49,200 nucleotides of DNA, taken from the NCBI GenBank assembly GCA_025061805.1, contig JANWZV010000003.1:1-49200 (forward strand), written 5' to 3'. The notes below the pieces were generated by a model. That model ran no database searches. It saw nothing but the letters and a program-made list of their open reading frames with translations, and was not told the DNA's origin. Positions 45,861-49,200 of the stretch are shown here, piece after piece. This stretch comes from Candidatus Dojkabacteria bacterium. GTDB lineage: Bacteria > Patescibacteriota > Dojkabacteria > J137. The translations under genes and the position numbers were made by a program. Positions within the stretch are counted from its first letter, which is position 1. Each line of letters begins with the position of its first letter.

Positions 45861-47162
45861 TTTATCCAACTTAACCTCAGAATCAAATAAATTTTTATTA
45901 TGTAAAGAATTTATTATATCAATTATAGTAAAATGTATTTTCTCTTTTTCAAAAATACAAACTGTTGTTGCAAATTTTGGAAATAGTGAAATCCATTTTT
46001 TATGAACTTTTATAGCACATTCTTTAAATTTTTCATAATGATTGTTATGAAGAAAATTAGATGTTCCATCTGATAAGTGAATACATTCTGCATTTATTGC
46101 AAAATTTTTCATTTTTCTTCTTTTTGCTTCTAAACAAATATCAACTCCATAAAAATGAAAATGATCAATAATATTTTCATCAAAATACAATATATTATTA
46201 TTTTTAATAATTAAACACAATTCATCTAAAGTATCAACCTCATAAAAATCATAGTATTTTTGACTTTTTGAATTTAAATTTTTTTGATCATGTAGATAAA
46301 TAATTGGTTTTAAAAAATTATTTTCATTTAAAATTCCAGCTATTCCTAAAACTCCCCAATTAATTCTTTTTAATTTACAAACAATAAAATATTTTATTTT
46401 TTCTAACCACATAAAATTAGGAAATAATAAATCTTGATGACAAATTAAAATATATTTTCCAGAAGATAAATTTATTCCGTAATTTAATGGTTGAGAGCAA
46501 TTTGTAAAATGATTATCAAAATTTAATAATGATATTATTTCAATATTTTCAGAAAATAGTTGATTTTGTAAACTTTTTAATTCATTTAAATATATTTCTT
46601 TGTTATTAACTAGAATGACTAAAGTAAAAAAAACATTTTTTTTATCATTATATTTTTTTAAAGAAATAAATTTATTTTTTATATAATTTTCAGTAGTATC
46701 TTCTAAATCTAAAATTTTCAAATTCTTAAAACAATTAACAAAAAAATATTTTTTCACAATTTTTACAAAATTTGAAAAAATTTTATTAAAATCAATAAGT
46801 ATTAAGAAAAAATTTTCTTTATTTATTAAATTTTCAATTTTATCATTTTTAAATACTATATCATTAAAAGTATATTGATCTTCTAAATTTTTATTGTAAA
46901 AATAAAAAAAATCAACATCATTCAAAATATTAAATTTTCTTATTACATCTGATGCAGTTTTCAAATTTTCTATTTTATCTATATTTTTTAAAAATATTAC
47001 AAATTTATAGTTAGTAAAAGAAAATGAAGAAATAAAATTAATTTCATTTTGAATATATTTGTTTATGTTTTCATTTTTAATATATTTTTGATTAGCTTTT
47101 AAATAATCAGTAAACAAAATATTATTTGAAACTTCTTCTTTAAAATAATTTTTAATATCCAT
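45852..47162 (-). CDS. Glycosyltransferase, GT-A fold (GT2-like) with an N-terminal domain of unknown function
   Basis: C-terminal half PLNYGI, YILICHQD, WGVLGIAG, VDTLDELCLII, FHFYGVDICL, CIHLS. Confidence 0.82.
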   Translation of the reverse strand: MDIKNYFKEEVSNNILFTDYLKANQKYIKNENINKYIQNEINFISSFSFTNYKFVIFLKNIDKIENLKTASDVIRKFNILNDVDFFYFYNKNLEDQYTFNDIVFKNDKIENLINKENFFLILIDFNKIFSNFVKIVKKYFFVNCFKNLKILDLEDTTENYIKNKFISLKKYNDKKNVFFTLVILVNNKEIYLNELKSLQNQLFSENIEIISLLNFDNHFTNCSQPLNYGINLSSGKYILICHQDLLFPNFMWLEKIKYFIVCKLKRINWGVLGIAGILNENNFLKPIIYLHDQKNLNSKSQKYYDFYEVDTLDELCLIIKNNNILYFDENIIDHFHFYGVDICLEAKRRKMKNFAINAECIHLSDGTSNFLHNNHYEKFKECAIKVHKKWISLFPKFATTVCIFEKEKIHFTIIDIINSLHNKNLFDSEVKLDKLL

Positions 47163-48651
47163 AAATTTCCTCCTTTAAATAAATATCTTTTATTTTTATA
47201 TTAAAATTATTATCCTTATAATACTTCAATCTTTTTCTGAAATGCTCTTCACTAAATTTTAAATTTTCAACTATATCATAAAGTTGTAAAATATTTTTTG
47301 AAGAATGCAATCTCAATCCCCTACCAACAGATTGTAAAGTTTGTATTTTACTTTTTCCAGCAGCTGCAAAAATAATAACATGCAATCTTTTTATAGAAAT
47401 GCCTACTGAAAAAACACCAACTGTGGCGATAATAATATTTCCACCTGAATTTTCTAAATTATGTCTTATAAAAGTTCTTTGTTGAATATCAATGTTTCCA
47501 TTAATAAGATGTACTTTTTCAAAATTATTTTTAAATAAATTAAATAAATTCTCTGAATGTTCTATTTTTTTTACTAAAATTAAAACATTTTTATCCCTTT
47601 TTATATATTCACTTGCTATTTTTAAAATTGCTTTACTTCGAAATTCATCATTTTCCAAAAATATTTTTTCTTCTTGATAATCACAATTATTCAATTTTTC
47701 TAAAATTTTATTTGGGTAATAAATTTTCAAAATATTAATGTTAATATCAGAAATTTGTTTAGCTTCTTGAAGTTCTTGATAGCCAACTTTATCTAACACA
47801 TGACCTAAAACACCTTCTACTAAGAAAAAGTCTGCTTTATGCTCTGGTAATGTTCCAGTAAAACCAAGACGATATTCTGCATTAAGCATTTTTTCAGTTG
47901 TTGAACGAACTACATCTGCTTTTAATGAATGACATTCATCTACAATTAATGCTTTAAATTTTAACAATAATTCTTTTTTTCTACAAATTGATTGCCAAGT
48001 AGAAATAATAATTGGTTCATCCTCATCTTTTTTATACCCACAATATTTTCCAATATATTTTTTGTCTAAACCAAAAGAAACCATATTTTCATATAACTGT
48101 TCTACTAAATCTAATTTTGGGACTAAAACTAATATTTTCATTTCTTCATATTTTTTTAACAAATAATTTACAACTAAAGTAATTGTCAAAGATTTTCCAG
48201 AAGATGTAACATGTTCACAAATTCCTCTTTTGTAATATAAAGACTTTAAAGCACCTCTCAATTGATGTTTGTATGGCATCACAGAATCTTTTAGTAAATC
48301 ATCAGTATATTTTAAAAATTCTTCTGTTAAATTTGATAATTGATTTTCATTTTCTTCTAAAAAATTTTTAATTTTTTCATGAACAATAATTTCATAATTA
48401 CAATCCTTGATATAATCATAAATTCTTTTAAAATTCCCCAAATAAAAAATACCATTCGGTTTAACAAATTTAATTTTCCCATCCCAAAATCCCTTTTTAT
48501 AAGAAGGCATAAAATAATAATTTTGTACATAAACAGAAAATTTATTAACAATATCTCTTAAAAGGTTTGCATCTAAAGTAACAATTCTTCCATAAACATT
48601 ATTAATCCAATCAAATTTTACTTGAATTTTATTATTAGAACTTATCTCCAT
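47152..48651 (-). CDS. uvsW: SF2 RNA-DNA/DNA helicase UvsW
   Basis: WDGKIK, TSSGKS, STWQS, VDECH, GFTGTL, FSVGISIKRLH, QSVGRGLR, HFRKRLKYY. Confidence 0.96.
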   Translation of the reverse strand: MEISSNNKIQVKFDWINNVYGRIVTLDANLLRDIVNKFSVYVQNYYFMPSYKKGFWDGKIKFVKPNGIFYLGNFKRIYDYIKDCNYEIIVHEKIKNFLEENENQLSNLTEEFLKYTDDLLKDSVMPYKHQLRGALKSLYYKRGICEHVTSSGKSLTITLVVNYLLKKYEEMKILVLVPKLDLVEQLYENMVSFGLDKKYIGKYCGYKKDEDEPIIISTWQSICRKKELLLKFKALIVDECHSLKADVVRSTTEKMLNAEYRLGFTGTLPEHKADFFLVEGVLGHVLDKVGYQELQEAKQISDININILKIYYPNKILEKLNNCDYQEEKIFLENDEFRSKAILKIASEYIKRDKNVLILVKKIEHSENLFNLFKNNFEKVHLINGNIDIQQRTFIRHNLENSGGNIIIATVGVFSVGISIKRLHVIIFAAAGKSKIQTLQSVGRGLRLHSSKNILQLYDIVENLKFSEEHFRKRLKYYKDNNFNIKIKDIYLKEEIYGY

Positions 48652-48678
48652 AAAAATTATTTTATATGTTTAATAAAT

Positions 48679-48686
48679 TATTTATA
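48679..48686 (-). promoter_or_regulatory. T4-type late promoter TATAAATA upstream of uvsW
   Basis: Exact consensus. uvsW is a late gene in T4. Confidence 0.55.
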
Positions 48687-48689
48687 ATT

Positions 48690-49166
48690 TTAATATTTAT
48701 CTGTTTTTCTTATTTCTAATATATTTTTTATATCAAATTTCTTACTTTTCAAAATATCAAATATATATTCTACATATTCTACAAATGAAGTTTGCATATC
48801 AAGAATTGATTTCATTTTTGTAATTCTAGAAGATCTAATTACAAATCTATCAAATTCATTTAAAGTTTTAAATAAAAATGGATTTTGTTTTGCTCTTTCA
48901 TATTCTTCTGATTTAATTCTTTCATATTTTAGTTTTAATTTATTTAAAGTTATTTTTTCTTTTATTAAAATATCTTTAATTCTTACAATTGCAGAATGTG
49001 TTTCTATTATTTGAAGTTCTAAATCTTTATCACTTGATAATAACAAATTATCTTTAATAAATTTATCTAATTCATTTTTCTTTTTATCAAAATTTTCTTC
49101 TAGTTTTGTATAATATTCCTCAAATTCTTTTTCTGACATAAATTCAAATGTTTGTGTCTCATTCAT
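48690..49166 (-). CDS. uvsY: Recombination mediator UvsY-like
   Basis: Helical protein ending VEYVEYIFDILKSKKFDIKNILEIRK, a UvsY-type C-terminus. Adjacent to uvsW as in T4. Confidence 0.75.
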   Translation of the reverse strand: MNETQTFEFMSEKEFEEYYTKLEENFDKKKNELDKFIKDNLLLSSDKDLELQIIETHSAIVRIKDILIKEKITLNKLKLKYERIKSEEYERAKQNPFLFKTLNEFDRFVIRSSRITKMKSILDMQTSFVEYVEYIFDILKSKKFDIKNILEIRKTDKY

Positions 49167-49200
49167 AATAGTTCCCCTTCATCATTGAAAATATTATAAT

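Noticed and set aside
834-48561. Numerous short + strand and alternative-frame ORFs in the track (e.g. 834-1070, 3527-3766, 8820-9146, 17236-17478, 19606-20043, 26175-26945, 30136-30544, 41494-41808)
   Set aside because: They lie wholly within or antisense to well-supported genes and have no SD or motifs. Those over the GGS tract and gp23 are shadows of repeats or codon bias.
17858-48651. Inteins or group I introns in terminase, helicases, UvsX or polymerase
   Set aside because: All are of ordinary length with contiguous catalytic motifs. Only short loop insertions are present.
1-49200. CRISPR array, tRNA or rRNA genes, IS elements, integrase, reverse transcriptase/DGR
   Set aside because: Intergenic gaps are all short (about 100 nt or less) and AT-rich. 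All repeats found are in-frame coding repeats, and no relevant enzyme motifs were seen.
1-49200. Alternative genetic code (stop codon reassignment)
   Set aside because: Core genes are full length under the standard code, and TAA, TAG and TGA all end genes at sensible places. The portal anomaly is a single TAA.
49163-49200. Possible 3' end of an upstream gene (...YNIFNDEGELL-stop) overlapping the uvsY start, or a TATAAT box
   Set aside because: Too little sequence at the window edge to decide.

Overview
A very AT-rich fragment of a large T4-related (Tevenvirinae-like, contractile-tailed) dsDNA phage, almost entirely coding and almost entirely on the minus strand, in the standard genetic code. 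Reading right to left: replication/recombination genes (uvsY, uvsW, gp55 late sigma, gp43 family-B polymerase, uvsX, gp41 helicase, dUTPase, gp32), a dTDP-sugar module (RmlB plus an RmlC-RmlD fusion), the head module (gp20 portal, gp21, gp22, gp23), neck/packaging (gp13, gp14, gp15, gp16, gp17), tail (gp18 sheath, two tube paralogues, gp26/gp51-like, tape measure, gp53, hub, gp3-like) and unknown probable virion proteins, including a >=990-aa ORF running off the left edge that the ORF track missed. T4-type late promoters (TATAAATA) precede many genes. The main candidate new system is a phage-encoded glycosylation pathway: dTDP-rhamnose-type donor synthesis plus three unrelated glycosyltransferases, alongside Ser/Thr-rich tracts in virion proteins, notably (GGS)16 in the sheath. 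The second is a candidate -1 ribosomal frameshift fusing the gp26-like and gp51-like genes just upstream of the tape measure gene. All functional calls come from motif recognition and synteny by eye; no database searches were run.
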